64,000 nt of DNA from Candidatus Magasanikiibacteriota bacterium (GTDB lineage: Bacteria > Patescibacteriota > Patescibacteriia > Magasanikbacterales > UBA922): NCBI GenBank assembly GCA_021648085.1, contig JAKITS010000001.1, positions 132,948-196,947 on the forward strand, given 5' to 3'. Within the stretch, counting starts at the first letter, position 1; each line of letters opens with the position of its first letter. This document shows positions 40,102 through 51,569 of this stretch, piece after piece. The translations under genes and the position numbers were made by a program. The notes under the pieces are model-generated. The model did no database searches. It was not told the origin of the DNA and saw only the letters and a program-made list of their open reading frames with translations.

Positions 40102-40644
40102 ATGAATCTTTGGCACGATCTATCACTTGGAGAAAATGCTCCAGAAGAATTTAGAGTTATTGTAGAAATTCCAAAAGGATCTAAAAATAAATATGAAGTA
40201 GATAAGGAAACAGGTCTTATCAAACTAGATCGTGCAATGAAAACTGCACAAGATTATCCATTTGATTATGGTTTCGCGCCACAGACTTTGTGGGAAGATG
40301 GGGATGCACTAGATGTTGTAATTTTGACAACATACCCACTTCACCCAGGAATTATGGTAAATGTTCGTCCTATTGCAGTGATGCGTATGATAGACGGCGG
40401 AGAAGGTGATGATAAAGTAATCGCAGTCCCTGTTAATGATTTACGCTGGAATGAAGTAAAAGATTTAGAAGATATAAATAAACACACAGTAAAAGAAATT
40501 CAACATTTCTTTGAAACATACAAACTAATTGAAGACAAATCTGTAGAAATTTCTGGTTGGGAAGGAAGAGAATCAGCAATGGAAGCAGTGAAGAAATCAG
40601 TTGAATTGTATAAAGAAAAATATACTAAATCTATTACTAAATAA
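40102..40644 (+). CDS. ppa: Inorganic pyrophosphatase (family I)
   Basis: EIPKGSKNKYE, YPFDYG, DGDALD, DDK, FFETYK. Confidence 0.95.
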   Translation: MNLWHDLSLGENAPEEFRVIVEIPKGSKNKYEVDKETGLIKLDRAMKTAQDYPFDYGFAPQTLWEDGDALDVVILTTYPLHPGIMVNVRPIAVMRMIDGGEGDDKVIAVPVNDLRWNEVKDLEDINKHTVKEIQHFFETYKLIEDKSVEISGWEGRESAMEAVKKSVELYKEKYTKSITK

Positions 40645-40786
40645 GATTTCGATGAAAATTTTTAGATTTTGAGCGAAACGTAGATAAAAATTATGAGGTA
40701 TTGCGATAGTACTTATGAATAATTTTTATCAAGTTGTAGTCGAAATATATAAATTTTGGCGGAATAATTATTTAGGAATAGATTTA
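40626..40786. mobile_element. TA-bounded palindromic MITE-like element (161 bp) supplying the ppa stop codon
   Basis: Terminal inverted repeats TAAATCTATT(A/C)CTAAATAA match at 18/19; nested IR GATAAAAATTAT/ATAATTTTTATC. Confidence 0.6.
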
Positions 40787-40801
40787 TAAACAATAAAATA
40801 C

Positions 40802-42829
40802 ATGAATGTTACAGAGTTAGCTAGAAGATTAAGAGTACGCCCACAACAACTTTTGGAAATTTTGCCAGAGTATGGTTTTGATGTTGGTAGAAAAGCTGTA
40901 AAAGTAGATGACAAAGTTGCTTTTCAGGTAATGCGTAGTTGGAAAAATATCAAAAGAGATATAGATGATAAGCGTAGAAAAGAAGCTGAAGAAAAGATCA
41001 GGCTTGAAAAAGCACTTCGTAAAGAAAGTGGGCTTTCTGCTGTTTTACCAGAAGTGATGACTGTAAAAAGTTTTTCTGAAAGTTTGAATATGCCTGTGAC
41101 ACAGGTTATTGTGGAATTGATGAAAAATGGAATCTTGGCTAACCAAAATCAAAATATTGATTATGATACTGCCGCAATTATGGCAGAAGAGCTTGGTTTT
41201 AGTGTTCAAAAAGAAGAAAGTGGAAAGGGTGTGCAAGAAAAAGAAGAAGAGAAAACTAAAATTTTGGAGGAAGCTTTAGAAAATGCAAAAAATAAAGAAT
41301 CTAGACCTCCAGTCGTTGTTGTAATGGGGCATGTTGACCATGGAAAAACAAAATTATTAGACACAATTCGTAAAGCAAATATAATTTCTGGAGAAAGTGG
41401 TGGAATCACTCAGCATATTGGTGCTTACCAAACTATTTGGAAAGATCCAAAAACAAAAGAAGAACGACCTCTTACTTTTATTGATACTCCTGGACATGAG
41501 GCTTTTACAATTATGAGAAGTCGTGGTGCGCAAGTTGCAGATATGGCTATTTTGGTTGTGGCAGCAGACGATGGTGTAAAACCTCAAACAAAAGAAGCTA
41601 TTCAAATTATAAAAGCTGCAAACCTTCCATATATTGTGGCATTGAACAAAATTGACAAAGATACAGTAGATATAGATAGGGTAAAAACAGAATTATCAAA
41701 AAATGATGTAATTCCAGAAGATTGGGGTGGAGATGTGCCAATAGTTCCAATTTCAGCTTTGGCAAATACAAACATAGACAAACTTTTGGATATTTTACTT
41801 TTAACAGCAGATGTAAATGAAGACAAGATTCAGGCAGATCCAAATGTTGCAGCTGTTGGTACTGTTATTGAGTCTCATTTAGACAAAAATATTGGGGCAG
41901 TGGCTACAATATTAATTCAGGCAGGAACTTTGAAAAAGGGTGAACCTTTGGTAATTGGTGGGGAAATTTATGGAAAAGTTCGAGCGATGAAAGATTATGA
42001 TGGGAATGATTTAAAAGAAGCTAGTCCATCTACTCCTGTTCAGATTATTGGCTTTAAGGTTGCTCCAGTTGTGGGAGATGTTTTGAATAATACAAATGCA
42101 AGCTCTGCAAAAAAGATAGATGTAAAACGCAAAAAGTTAGAGCAGACGGGTGCACAGCAAACATCAATTTCTAGTGATTCAGGCAATGAAGACGATGATA
42201 ATAAAAAGAAATATTTGAACTTGGTGATAAAAGCCGATGTACTTGGTTCTTTGGAGGCTATCATTGCATCTTTAGAAAAAATAGAACACAAAGAAGTTGG
42301 GGTGAAAATTGTAGGAAAAGGACTTGGAAATATCAATGAAAGTGATATTGTGAAGATAGAATCTAGCGGTGGAACTGTGATTGGTTTCAATGTAAACGCT
42401 ACATCAAGCTCGGAAGAGTTGATGCGTGATAAAGATATAGAATTTCTTCGTTTTGAAATTATCTATGGTTTAATAGACTGGGTAAAAGAACAATTACAAT
42501 TCTTGCTTGAAAAAGAAAAAGTTGTAACAGAAATTGGAAAATTGGATGTAAAAGCTATTTTCCGTGAAGAGAAAAATAACAGCACAATTGGTGGTTTGGT
42601 AATAGATGGAAAAATGAGAAAAGATGCTCGTGTTAGAATTACAAGAGGAAATGAAATTAAAGGATATGGAGAATTGATTGGTCTACAAAGTGGAAAGCAA
42701 GATGTAAAAATGGTTCCTGCTGGTTCTGAGTGTGGACTTCGTATTCAAACAAAAGTAAAAATTGAAAAAGAGGATATCTTGGAAGTTTTCGTAGAAGATA
42801 CAAAAGACAGAGAATTGAAATTAAATTAA
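40802..42829 (+). CDS. infB: Translation initiation factor IF-2
   Basis: [42 protein letters not shown]. Confidence 0.97.
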   Translation: MNVTELARRLRVRPQQLLEILPEYGFDVGRKAVKVDDKVAFQVMRSWKNIKRDIDDKRRKEAEEKIRLEKALRKESGLSAVLPEVMTVKSFSESLNMPVTQVIVELMKNGILANQNQNIDYDTAAIMAEELGFSVQKEESGKGVQEKEEEKTKILEEALENAKNKESRPPVVVVMGHVDHGKTKLLDTIRKANIISGESGGITQHIGAYQTIWKDPKTKEERPLTFIDTPGHEAFTIMRSRGAQVADMAILVVAADDGVKPQTKEAIQIIKAANLPYIVALNKIDKDTVDIDRVKTELSKNDVIPEDWGGDVPIVPISALANTNIDKLLDILLLTADVNEDKIQADPNVAAVGTVIESHLDKNIGAVATILIQAGTLKKGEPLVIGGEIYGKVRAMKDYDGNDLKEASPSTPVQIIGFKVAPVVGDVLNNTNASSAKKIDVKRKKLEQTGAQQTSISSDSGNEDDDNKKKYLNLVIKADVLGSLEAIIASLEKIEHKEVGVKIVGKGLGNINESDIVKIESSGGTVIGFNVNATSSSEELMRDKDIEFLRFEIIYGLIDWVKEQLQFLLEKEKVVTEIGKLDVKAIFREEKNNSTIGGLVIDGKMRKDARVRITRGNEIKGYGELIGLQSGKQDVKMVPAGSECGLRIQTKVKIEKEDILEVFVEDTKDRELKLN

Positions 42830-42838
42830 ATTAAATTT

Positions 42839-43162
42839 ATGAGTGAACAAATATTTACAGATGCAAATTTTGAAGAGGAGGTAGTTAATTCAGAAGTACC
42901 AGTTTTGGTAGATTTTTTTGCACCTTGGTGTGGGCCTTGCAAGATGATGGGTCCAATTGTAGAAGAGGTTGCAAATGAAAATGTAGACAAAGCTGTAAAA
43001 ATAGGAAAGTTAAATGTAGATGAAAATAATATTTCAGCTGGAAAATATGGCGTTATGAGCATTCCAACATTTTTAGTTTTCAAAAATGGTGAGGTTGTAG
43101 ATCAAGCTATGGGTGGAATTGGAAAAGAAAAATTGCAAGAACTAATTGATAAAAATATCTAA
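42839..43162 (+). CDS. trxA: Thioredoxin
   Basis: WCGPC active site, SIPT. Confidence 0.95.
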   Translation: MSEQIFTDANFEEEVVNSEVPVLVDFFAPWCGPCKMMGPIVEEVANENVDKAVKIGKLNVDENNISAGKYGVMSIPTFLVFKNGEVVDQAMGGIGKEKLQELIDKNI

Positions 43163-43191
43163 CTTGCAATAAGTCGAAAATTGAACTAACA

Positions 43192-43225
43192 TAAATACAC
43201 ACTAGTATATACTAGTGTGTATTTA
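43192..43225. other. Perfect 34-bp palindrome
   Basis: TAAATACACACTAGTAT-ATACTAGTGTGTATTTA with no spacer. Confidence 0.8.
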
Positions 43226-43240
43226 ATTATGTTTTATTAT

Positions 43241-43559
43241 GTCATATTGAGCGAAGTCGAAATATCCCCGTGCAGTATCACTAAAATACAAATAATTAAA
43301 TTTTTGTGATTCTATTTCGAGATCCGTTCGACTTCATTCCGCAATGCTCCATTTCGCTCAGGATGACGTATTTTTTCACATCATATTGAGCGGAACGAAG
43401 TGAAGTCGAAATATCCCCTTGCAATTTCACAAAAACATAAATAATTAAAAATAAACATTAGTTCCTTTTTCTGTCATCCTCAACTCGATTGGGGATCCAG
43501 AGTCTGAATCACTGTTTAATTATTAAAGTTTCTGGATTCCCGATCAAGTCGGGAATGAC
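43241..43559. repeat. Largest REP cluster: three family A units plus a family B inverted pair
   Basis: GTCATATTGAGCGAAGTCGAAATATC, its inverted partner, and GTCATCCTCAACTCGATTGGGGATCCAG / CTGGATTCCCGATCAAGTCGGGAATGAC. Confidence 0.85.
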
Positions 43560-43615
43560 AATACTTAAAATGACAAAATTTTTAATTTATATTACTTATT
43601 TAACAGATAAAAACT

Positions 43616-44848
43616 ATGAATAACCCATTCAACTCAGCAATGAAACAGTTAACAAGAGCGTCGGACGCAATGAATTTAGACAAAGATATTTTGGCAGAAT
43701 TATCTTCACCAAAACGCGTGCTTACAATTTCTATTCCAGTAAAAATGGATAATGGCACTACAAAAGTTTTTGAAGGCTACAGAAGTCAATATAACAATGC
43801 TCGCGGACCTTTTAAAGGCGGAATTCGCTATCACTGGGATGTAAATATAAGTGAGGTAAAAGCACTTTCTTTTTGGATGACTCTAAAATGTGCAGTCGTT
43901 GGAATTCCTTTGGGTGGTGGAAAAGGTGGAATTATCGTAGATCCAAAAGAATTGTCCGAGCGAGAACTCGAAGAGCTTTCTCGTGGATATATTCGTGGAA
44001 TTTATAAATACCTAGGCCCAACTCAAGATGTACCAGCGCCAGATGTGTATACAAATGGAAAAATAATGTCTTGGATGCTAGACGAATATGAAAAATTGAC
44101 AGGAACTCATGCACCGGGAATGATAACAGGAAAACCACTTTCGCTTGGTGGTTCCAAAGGGCGTGACAGAGCAACTGCAAGAGGTGGATTTTTTGTACTA
44201 CAAAAAGTTTTGGCAAAAATGAATAAAAGTTTAAGCGATACTACAGTAGCAATTCAAGGTTTTGGGAATGCTGGGCAAGTAATGGCAGATTTTCTTGCAG
44301 AGCAAAATGCAAAAATTGTGGCAGTAAGCGATTCAAAAGGTGGAATTGTAAATACAGAAGGCTTGGATATTTCAGCTGTAAAAGCTCATAAAGCTAGCAC
44401 AGGAAGTGTGGTTGGTTTTGCTGGAGCAGAAGATATTTCAAACGAGGATATTTTGGAATTGAGTGTAAATGTGTTGGTGCCCGCAGCTTTGGAAGGAGTA
44501 GTTACTGCAGAAAACGCAGAGCGTATTCGCGCAAATGTAATTGTAGAATTGGCAAACGGTCCTGTGACTCCAGACGCAGATGAGATTTTACACAAAAATG
44601 GAGTTTTGTTTGTACCAGATATTTTGGCAAACGCCGGTGGTGTGACAGTGAGTTATTTTGAACAAGTTCAAAATGCAACAAATTATTATTGGGAAGAGGA
44701 AGAGGTAAACAAAAAATTGAAAAAAATAATGGACGAAGCTTTTGAATCAGTTTGGAAAGCAAAAGAAAAATACGGAGTTGATATGAGAGTCGCAGCGTTT
44801 ATTGTGGGATTGGAAAGGATTTCTGAGGCGATGGGGGATAGGGGGTAA
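43616..44848 (+). CDS. gdhA: Glutamate dehydrogenase (Glu/Leu/Phe/Val family)
   Basis: GPFKGGIRY, MTLKCA, GGGKGG, DVPAPD, GFGNAG, ANAGGVTVSYFE. Confidence 0.93.
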   Translation: MNNPFNSAMKQLTRASDAMNLDKDILAELSSPKRVLTISIPVKMDNGTTKVFEGYRSQYNNARGPFKGGIRYHWDVNISEVKALSFWMTLKCAVVGIPLGGGKGGIIVDPKELSERELEELSRGYIRGIYKYLGPTQDVPAPDVYTNGKIMSWMLDEYEKLTGTHAPGMITGKPLSLGGSKGRDRATARGGFFVLQKVLAKMNKSLSDTTVAIQGFGNAGQVMADFLAEQNAKIVAVSDSKGGIVNTEGLDISAVKAHKASTGSVVGFAGAEDISNEDILELSVNVLVPAALEGVVTAENAERIRANVIVELANGPVTPDADEILHKNGVLFVPDILANAGGVTVSYFEQVQNATNYYWEEEEVNKKLKKIMDEAFESVWKAKEKYGVDMRVAAFIVGLERISEAMGDRG

Positions 44849-44862
44849 TAAAAATTAAGTTT

Positions 44863-44898
44863 AAACAAAAAATAACCTTTTTAGGTTATTTTTTGTTT
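44863..44898. terminator. Intrinsic terminator after gdhA
   Basis: AAACAAAAAATAACCT-tttt-AGGTTATTTTTTGTTT. Confidence 0.7.
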
Positions 44899-44954
44899 TC
44901 ATTTGCATTTCCCCTCAAAATTCGCTAAAATTCAAGGGAAAATGAAATAAAAAT

Positions 44955-47408
44955 ATGGAAAAATATAATTTTAGTAAAATAGAGAAAAAGTGGCAGGAAA
45001 AATGGGAGGAAAATAAGACTTTTGAGGTAAAACTAGATGAGAGTAAAGAGAAGTTTTATGTTCTTGTGGAGTTTCCATATCCAAGTGGAGCTGGGCTTCA
45101 TGTAGGGCATCCGCGTTCTTATACGGCAATGGATATAATTGCTCGCAAAAAGAGAATGGATGGAAAAAACGTGTTGTATCCAATTGGCTACGATGCTTTT
45201 GGTTTGCCAACAGAAAATTATGCTATAAAAACTGGGCGTGCGCCAAAAGAGGTGACAAAGGAAAATATAGCGAACTTTAGAAGACAGCTCAAATCTTTGG
45301 GTTTTAGTTTTGATTGGTCTCGTGAGATAGATACAACTGATCCAAAATATTACAAATGGACTCAGTGGATTTTCTTGCAATTGTTTAAAAACGGTTTGGC
45401 TTACAAAAAATCTATGCCAATAAACTGGTGCCCAAGTTGTAAAACTGGCTTGGCAAATGAAGAAGTTGTAAATGGGGCTTGTGAGCGTTGTGGTGGAGAG
45501 GTAGAAAAAAGAGATAAATCCCAGTGGATGCTAGCAATCACAAAATATGCGGATAAACTTCTGGATGGTTTGGAAAATGTGGATTATGTAGAGCGCGCAA
45601 AAACTCAACAAAGAAATTGGATTGGCAAAAGTGAGGGTGCATTAGTTAAGTTTGGTATTAAACAAAAGGGGGATTTTTCGGCTAGCGCTCAAGATGACAT
45701 GCTGGAAGTTTTTACAACTCGCCCAGATACTTTGTTTGGTGCAACTTATTGTGTAGTTTCGCCAGAGCATAGTTTGGTAGAGGAATTAAAAGGTAAAATA
45801 GAGAATTTTGATGAGGTTTTAGAATATATAAAGCAGGCTGGATTGAAATCTGATTTGGAGAGGGTAGAATTACAAAAAGAAAAAACAGGAGTGGAGCTAA
45901 AAGGAATAAAAGCAGTGAACCCAGCAAATAATGAAGAGATTCCAGTTTGGGTCGCGGATTATGTTTTGGCGACTTATGGAACTGGTGCAATTATGTCTGT
46001 ACCTGCTCACGATCAGAGAGATTGGGAATTTGCTGGGAAGTATGGTTTGGATATGGTAGAAGTCATTTCTGGTGGAGATATTTTGGAAGGTGCATTTTTG
46101 GGAGAAGGTGGGGTTGTAAATTCAGACTTTTTAAACGAACTGTCTTCAAAAGAATCAAAAGAAAAAATGATTGCGTGGTTAGAGGAAAAAGGATTAGGAG
46201 AAAGAAAAACAAACTTCAAACTTCGCGATTGGGTATTTTCTCGTCAGCGTTATTGGGGAGAGCCAATTCCTTTGGTTTATTGTGAAAGTTGTGCCGAGAA
46301 AGGTGATTTTCAAAATGAGGGTGAAAAGCAAAATCCAGGTTGGATTATGGATGAGAATTTACCGCTTGAATTGCCAGAAGTAGAAAAATATGAGCCAACA
46401 GACAGTGGTGAATCACCGCTTGCTAGTGTGGAAGAGTGGCTAAAAACAACTTGTCCGCGTTGTGGAGGAGAGGCTCACCGAGAAACAGACACAATGCCAA
46501 ATTGGGCAGGTTCTAGCTGGTATTCTCTAAGGTATGTGGATAATAACAATGATACAGCTTTGGCATCACCAGAAGCTTTGAAATATTGGATGCCAGTGGA
46601 TTGGTACAATGGGGGAATGGAGCACACAACTTTGCATTTGCTTTACTCTAGGTTTTGGAATATATTTTTGTATGATATTGGTGTGGTGCCACAAAGCGAA
46701 CCTTATCAAAAAAGAACAAGTCATGGAATGATTTTGGCAGAAAATGGAGAGAAAATGAGTAAAAGCCGTGGAAACGTAGTGAATCCAGATGAAATTGTAG
46801 AAAAGTTTGGTGCAGACGCACTGCGACTTTATATTATGTTTATGGGTCCATTTGACCAAGCTGTGGTTTGGGATACAAATGGTTTGAAAGGTGTAAAAAG
46901 GTTTTTGGATAAGGTTGTAAATTTACAAGAATTTGTAAAAAAAGATGTGAAACAAAATAAAACTTTACACAAAACAATTAAAAAAGTTGGTGAAGATATA
47001 GAAGAAATGAGTTTCAATACTTCTGTTGCAAAAATGATGGAATTTGTAAATGAAATTACAAAAGTACAAGAAATATCAAAAGAAGATATGGAAAATTTTC
47101 TAAAAATCCTTTCACCATTTGCACCACATTTGGCAGAAGAACTTTGGGAAAAACTTGGGAACACAGAAAGTATCGCATACGAGCTGTGGCCAAGTTATGA
47201 TGAGAATATGATAAAAGATGAAACTGTAAAAGTTGGAATTCAGATAAACGGAAAAGTTCGTGATGATATAGAAGTGCCAGCAGAAATTTCAGAAGAAGAA
47301 ATAAAAGAATTGGTATTGCAAAGAGAAAAAGTACAAAAATGGCTGGAAGGCAATGAACCAAAAAAAGTAATTTATGTAAAAGGGAGATTGGTAAGTATTG
47401 TGGTTTAA
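44955..47408 (+). CDS. leuS: Leucine--tRNA ligase
   Basis: [35 protein letters not shown]. Confidence 0.97.
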   Translation: MEKYNFSKIEKKWQEKWEENKTFEVKLDESKEKFYVLVEFPYPSGAGLHVGHPRSYTAMDIIARKKRMDGKNVLYPIGYDAFGLPTENYAIKTGRAPKEVTKENIANFRRQLKSLGFSFDWSREIDTTDPKYYKWTQWIFLQLFKNGLAYKKSMPINWCPSCKTGLANEEVVNGACERCGGEVEKRDKSQWMLAITKYADKLLDGLENVDYVERAKTQQRNWIGKSEGALVKFGIKQKGDFSASAQDDMLEVFTTRPDTLFGATYCVVSPEHSLVEELKGKIENFDEVLEYIKQAGLKSDLERVELQKEKTGVELKGIKAVNPANNEEIPVWVADYVLATYGTGAIMSVPAHDQRDWEFAGKYGLDMVEVISGGDILEGAFLGEGGVVNSDFLNELSSKESKEKMIAWLEEKGLGERKTNFKLRDWVFSRQRYWGEPIPLVYCESCAEKGDFQNEGEKQNPGWIMDENLPLELPEVEKYEPTDSGESPLASVEEWLKTTCPRCGGEAHRETDTMPNWAGSSWYSLRYVDNNNDTALASPEALKYWMPVDWYNGGMEHTTLHLLYSRFWNIFLYDIGVVPQSEPYQKRTSHGMILAENGEKMSKSRGNVVNPDEIVEKFGADALRLYIMFMGPFDQAVVWDTNGLKGVKRFLDKVVNLQEFVKKDVKQNKTLHKTIKKVGEDIEEMSFNTSVAKMMEFVNEITKVQEISKEDMENFLKILSPFAPHLAEELWEKLGNTESIAYELWPSYDENMIKDETVKVGIQINGKVRDDIEVPAEISEEEIKELVLQREKVQKWLEGNEPKKVIYVKGRLVSIVV

Positions 47409-47449
47409 AATAACTAATAATTAGTAGCTAACAAAGAACAAGAAGATTA

Positions 47450-47645
47450 CGTTTATTTTAATTATTTATATTTTGTGAAATTGTAAGGGGATATTTCGAC
47501 TCCGTTTCACTTCGCTCAACATGACGTGAATATTTGTGTCATCCTTAGCGAAGTCGAAGGATCCCCCAAATTAATTCACAAAATTTTAAATATTAACAAT
47601 TCTGATGATTCTATTTCGAGAACTCTCTCTATCGCTTGGGATGAC
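47450..47645. repeat. REP family A cluster with conserved AT-rich linkers
   Basis: Inverted copy of the 43379-43460 and 63247-63330 unit, plus GTCATCCTTAGCGAAGTCGAAGGATC. Confidence 0.8.
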
Positions 47646-47699
47646 ATATTTAACTTCGGTACTTGATCTGCATAATCTGCCTAATTTGCTGCCTCCGAT

Positions 47700-49190
47700 A
47701 TGCTTCAAAAAATAATAAATTCCAAAAGCAAAACGTTTCTCGCGTTTTGTTTTTGTTTTTTATTTGGGACTGCTTTTGTTTCAATTTTAGATTTTTCATT
47801 TGATTTTGTTTTCATTTATTTTGGAATTTTTGTAGTTGTTGGGTTTTTAATTATTTTTTGGAAATACAAATTTTTTAGACTTACATCACTTTGTGTTTTG
47901 GCAATTTTACTTGCATTTGGCAGGTATATTTTATTTTTTCCCAGCGAAACCAATATTTCAAATTATGCAGAAGAGAATGTTCGATTTTCTGCTATTGTAA
48001 TCCAAGAGCCAGACATTCGTGTGGATAGTGTTCGCTATGTTGTAAATGTCGAAAAAGTAGATAAAAAAGTTGGAGAAGGTAGAGTTTATTTTAAATCAGA
48101 ACTTTATCCTCGCTATGAATATGGAGATAAATTAGAAATATATTGTAAAATAAAAAAACCAACAAAAATAGAAGATTTTAATTTTGATAAATATCTTGCA
48201 CTTAAAAAAGTTTTTGCATATTGCGGTGTTCCGCAAATTCGCAAAATAGGTGAGGATGAAGGAAATATTTTAATGAGTTCTGTGCTATCGGTAAAAAATA
48301 CTTTTGCGCAAAAAATAAATCGTCTGTGGCACGAGCCAAACGCAAGTTTTGTGGCAGGATTACTTTATGGTTATCGTGGGGGTTTGGGGGAGTTGCAAGA
48401 AGATTTCAACACAACTGGCGTTACGCATATTGTCGCGATCTCTGGCTATAATATTGCAATTATTGGTGCAATTTTTATTGTAATTTTGAGCTTTCTGCGA
48501 ATCCCTCGCAAAAAAGCATTTTGGATTATTATTTCTGGGATTGGTGTTTTCGTACTTTTTGCTGGAGCTAGTGCTTCCGTAGTGCGTGCAGGAATTATGG
48601 GACTTCTGGTTTTACTCGCAAAACAGCTTGGTAGAATGTCGCATCCTATAAATTTATTGCTTTTCACTGCCGTAGCAATGGTATTACACAATCCTTATGT
48701 TCTAATTTGGGATGCAGGTTTCCAACTATCTTTTGTGGCAACCGCTGGGCTTATCTACCTCACTCCAAAATTAGAAATTTTCACAGAAAAAATTCCAGAA
48801 CTTTTTGGACTAAAAAAGATTTTTCTGGAAACTTCAGCTGCAATTATCGCAACACTTCCACTAGTTCTATTTCATTTTGGTAGATTTTCTATTGTCGCAC
48901 TTCCTACAAATATTCTCATCCTGTGGATAATTCCATTTATAATGTTGGGTGGATTTTTGGCTGTAATTTCATCTTTTATCTTTTTTCCACTTGCCCAAAT
49001 TATTTCGTGGATTACATGGATTGCACTGGAATATGTTATTCTAATTGTTAGATGGTTTGCAGATTTTTCTTTTGCATCTATAAATTTAAGTATGCCTGCA
49101 ATTGTCGTAGTTTTGTTTTATATTTGTTTAATTTTCTATAAACAAATTTATGATTATTTGGAAATTAGATGGCTTAAATTTAGAATATGA
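47700..49190 (+). CDS. comEC: ComEC/Rec2 competence protein, OB plus membrane domain
   Basis: Multiple TM helices, GVTHIVAISGYN, SVVRAGIM, GFQLSF. Confidence 0.9.
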   Translation: MLQKIINSKSKTFLAFCFCFLFGTAFVSILDFSFDFVFIYFGIFVVVGFLIIFWKYKFFRLTSLCVLAILLAFGRYILFFPSETNISNYAEENVRFSAIVIQEPDIRVDSVRYVVNVEKVDKKVGEGRVYFKSELYPRYEYGDKLEIYCKIKKPTKIEDFNFDKYLALKKVFAYCGVPQIRKIGEDEGNILMSSVLSVKNTFAQKINRLWHEPNASFVAGLLYGYRGGLGELQEDFNTTGVTHIVAISGYNIAIIGAIFIVILSFLRIPRKKAFWIIISGIGVFVLFAGASASVVRAGIMGLLVLLAKQLGRMSHPINLLLFTAVAMVLHNPYVLIWDAGFQLSFVATAGLIYLTPKLEIFTEKIPELFGLKKIFLETSAAIIATLPLVLFHFGRFSIVALPTNILILWIIPFIMLGGFLAVISSFIFFPLAQIISWITWIALEYVILIVRWFADFSFASINLSMPAIVVVLFYICLIFYKQIYDYLEIRWLKFRI

Positions 49191-50065
49191 AAAAGGTAAT
49201 TATAATTTTAGTTTTAATTTTGGTAGTTATTTTTGCCGCATTATTTTTTTTGAAAAAAAGAGATAACTTTTCAGAATATGTACAAGCCGAGAATTTACCA
49301 GAAGTCACAGAATTGTATTTTCTTGATGTTGGACAAGGCGATGCAACTTTTATAGAATTCAAAAATGGAACTCAAGCTTTGGTAGATTGTGGAAAGTCTG
49401 CAAAAGTTTTGGAGGAGTTGGGTAGAGTTATGGATTTTCGTGACAAAAGTATAGATTACCTAATAATCACTCACCCAGACAACGATCATTATGGTGGTTG
49501 TATAGATGTGTTGGAGAGGTTTGATGTTGCAAATGTGGTTTACAATGGTCAGCATAAAAATAACGATGAGTTTTGGAATGAATTTTGGCGACGAGTAAAA
49601 AAAGAGGGTTCAAATTATCATGTCGTAAAAAGTGAGGAAAAGTGGTTTGTAGGAGATGATGTTTTGCATTTTCTTTTTCCAGACGGTAGTTTGATTCAAA
49701 ATCTGTCAGATAACAACAATTCTATAGTTTTTATATTGGAAAGTGCTGGTAAAAAAGTTTTATTTACTGGTGATATGGAGCAAGAGTTAGAGATTTATCT
49801 AATAGAAAAATTTGGTGAAAAGCTAGGTGTGGATATTTTGAAAGTTGGTCATCATGGAAGTGGATCTTCTTCAATAGATAAATTTGTAGATATGGTTTTA
49901 CCATATTATTCTATAATTCCTGTTGGAAAAAATAAATATGGACACCCATCTTTGCGAGTAATGCGAAGACTTGAGCGGTCTGGAAGTAGGATTTTCCGCA
50001 CAGACTTACTGCATGGTGTAAAAATTTTATTGGACGAGGAATTGAGCATGGATCAGATTAAATAA
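49187..50065 (+). CDS. ComEC metallo-beta-lactamase domain as a separate protein
   Basis: FLDVGQGDA, THPDNDHYGG, FTGD, KVGHHGS, YGHP; own N-terminal TM anchor. Confidence 0.9.
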   Translation: MKKVIIILVLILVVIFAALFFLKKRDNFSEYVQAENLPEVTELYFLDVGQGDATFIEFKNGTQALVDCGKSAKVLEELGRVMDFRDKSIDYLIITHPDNDHYGGCIDVLERFDVANVVYNGQHKNNDEFWNEFWRRVKKEGSNYHVVKSEEKWFVGDDVLHFLFPDGSLIQNLSDNNNSIVFILESAGKKVLFTGDMEQELEIYLIEKFGEKLGVDILKVGHHGSGSSSIDKFVDMVLPYYSIIPVGKNKYGHPSLRVMRRLERSGSRIFRTDLLHGVKILLDEELSMDQIK

Positions 50066-50113
50066 ACCTGTACAAATGTATCCTTTTTTGGTATATTAAA
50101 TCCTAATATCATT

Positions 50114-50224
50114 CACGTCATATTGAGCGGAACGAAGTGGAGTCGAAATATCTCGTGTTTAGTTCATTAATTTTAGTTTTTATGATATTTTCTCGAGATC
50201 CTTCGACTTCGCTCAGGATGACGT
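50114..50224. repeat. REP family A inverted pair
   Basis: CACGTCATATTGAGCGG...GTCGAAATATCTCG facing CGAGATCCTTCGACTTCGCTCAGGATGACGT. Confidence 0.85.
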
Positions 50225-50238
50225 AAATTATAATTTTT

Positions 50239-50784
50239 ATGGATATATATAATACAGCAGTAACAGTATTATCGGTCGGAACTATTTTGGCGCAAGTTTT
50301 CATTGTGTTGGTTTTGATTTTTATTTTTGTACCACCACTTCACAAGCAGAAACAAGTAAAAAAGTTCTTGAAGTTTTTAAAAGAACGATCATTTTTACTA
50401 GCTTTTGGTGTGGCACTTTCTTCTATTGTGGGAAGTTTATTTTTTTCAGATGTAGCCTCACTTTTACCTTGTGAGCTTTGCTGGAAGCAGAGAATTTTGA
50501 TGTTTCCACAATCATTATTGTTTGGTCTTGCTGTATGGAAAAAGGAGAAAGTAATTGCAGATTATAGTACTTTACTTTCTGCGATAGGAATTTTATATTC
50601 TATTTATCACTATACTTTACAGATGTTGCCTCGTGATATTACCACTTGCGATACATCTAGCTTTCTATCTAGTTGCTCAGAAAAATTAATATTTGAATTT
50701 GGGTATATTACAATTCCAATGATGACTGCTACGGCTTTCGCATTGCTATTGCTATTTATGTTGATTCATAAAAAATTAAAATAA
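50239..50784 (+). CDS. Disulfide bond formation protein DsbB/BdbC family
   Basis: TM helices, PCELCWKQR, second Cys pair, FGYITIP.M. Confidence 0.88.
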   Translation: MDIYNTAVTVLSVGTILAQVFIVLVLIFIFVPPLHKQKQVKKFLKFLKERSFLLAFGVALSSIVGSLFFSDVASLLPCELCWKQRILMFPQSLLFGLAVWKKEKVIADYSTLLSAIGILYSIYHYTLQMLPRDITTCDTSSFLSSCSEKLIFEFGYITIPMMTATAFALLLLFMLIHKKLK

Positions 50785-50817
50785 TTAATTAGAGACTTAG
50801 GTCTCTTTTTTAAAACT

Positions 50818-51516
50818 ATGAAAAAAAATAAAGAAAAAATTATAGTATTATCACTTGGGGGTTCACTTATAATTCCACCAGAAGGGTTCAATAGAAAATT
50901 TCTAAAAGGTTTCAAAAAAATGATCTTGAGTCATATTGAAAAGAATTACAGATTTATAATTGTATGTGGCGGGGGAGCAACAAGTAGAAAATATCAAGAT
51001 GCGGTGAGCGATGTCACAAAACTTATTTCAGAGGATATAGATTGGATTGGAATTCATGCAACTAGATTGAATGCACATTTTGTACGAACAATTTTTCGTA
51101 AATGGGCAAATCCAAAAGTAATAAAAAATCCAACCAAAAAGATTGAATGGAAAGAAGACATTTTGATAGCTTCTGGCTGGAAACCAGGTTGGTCTACAGA
51201 TTATGATGCTGTAAAATTGGCAGAATTGTACGGAGCAGAAAAAGTTATAAACTTATCCAATATAACTTATATTTATAGCGAGGATCCAAAGAAAAATAAA
51301 GATGCTAAAAAGATAAAAGATATCACTTGGAAAAAATTTAGAAAAATTGTAGGAGACGAGTGGATTCCTGGCTCAAACCTACCTTTTGACCCAATCGCTA
51401 GCCGAGAAGCAGACAAGCTAAAATTGTCTGTAATAGTAATGAATGGAACGAAACTAAAACAAGTAGAAAAAGCAATCAAAGGCAAAAAGTTCAAAGGCTC
51501 TTTGATTCATCCATAA
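50818..51516 (+). CDS. pyrH: UMP kinase (archaeal-type)
   Basis: VLSLGGS, CGGG, D.IGIHATRLNA, PGWSTDYDA, PFDPIAS. Confidence 0.9.
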   Translation: MKKNKEKIIVLSLGGSLIIPPEGFNRKFLKGFKKMILSHIEKNYRFIIVCGGGATSRKYQDAVSDVTKLISEDIDWIGIHATRLNAHFVRTIFRKWANPKVIKNPTKKIEWKEDILIASGWKPGWSTDYDAVKLAELYGAEKVINLSNITYIYSEDPKKNKDAKKIKDITWKKFRKIVGDEWIPGSNLPFDPIASREADKLKLSVIVMNGTKLKQVEKAIKGKKFKGSLIHP

Positions 51517-51528
51517 ATATAAATTAGT

Positions 51529-51568
51529 TAAAACAAAAAAGAAGCAATTTAGCTTCTTTTTTGTTTTA
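51529..51568. terminator. Bidirectional terminator
   Basis: AAAACAAAAAAGAAGC...GCTTCTTTTTTGTTTT between convergent pyrH and tsaE. Confidence 0.8.
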
Positions 51569-51569
51569 T

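Noticed and set aside
43241-43559. CRISPR array
   Set aside because: Repeats are inverted, irregularly spaced and have conserved rather than unique linkers; no cas genes in the window
47700-50065. comEC frameshift pseudogene
   Set aside because: The second ORF has its own ATG, TM anchor and intact MBL motifs; split ComEC is a known arrangement
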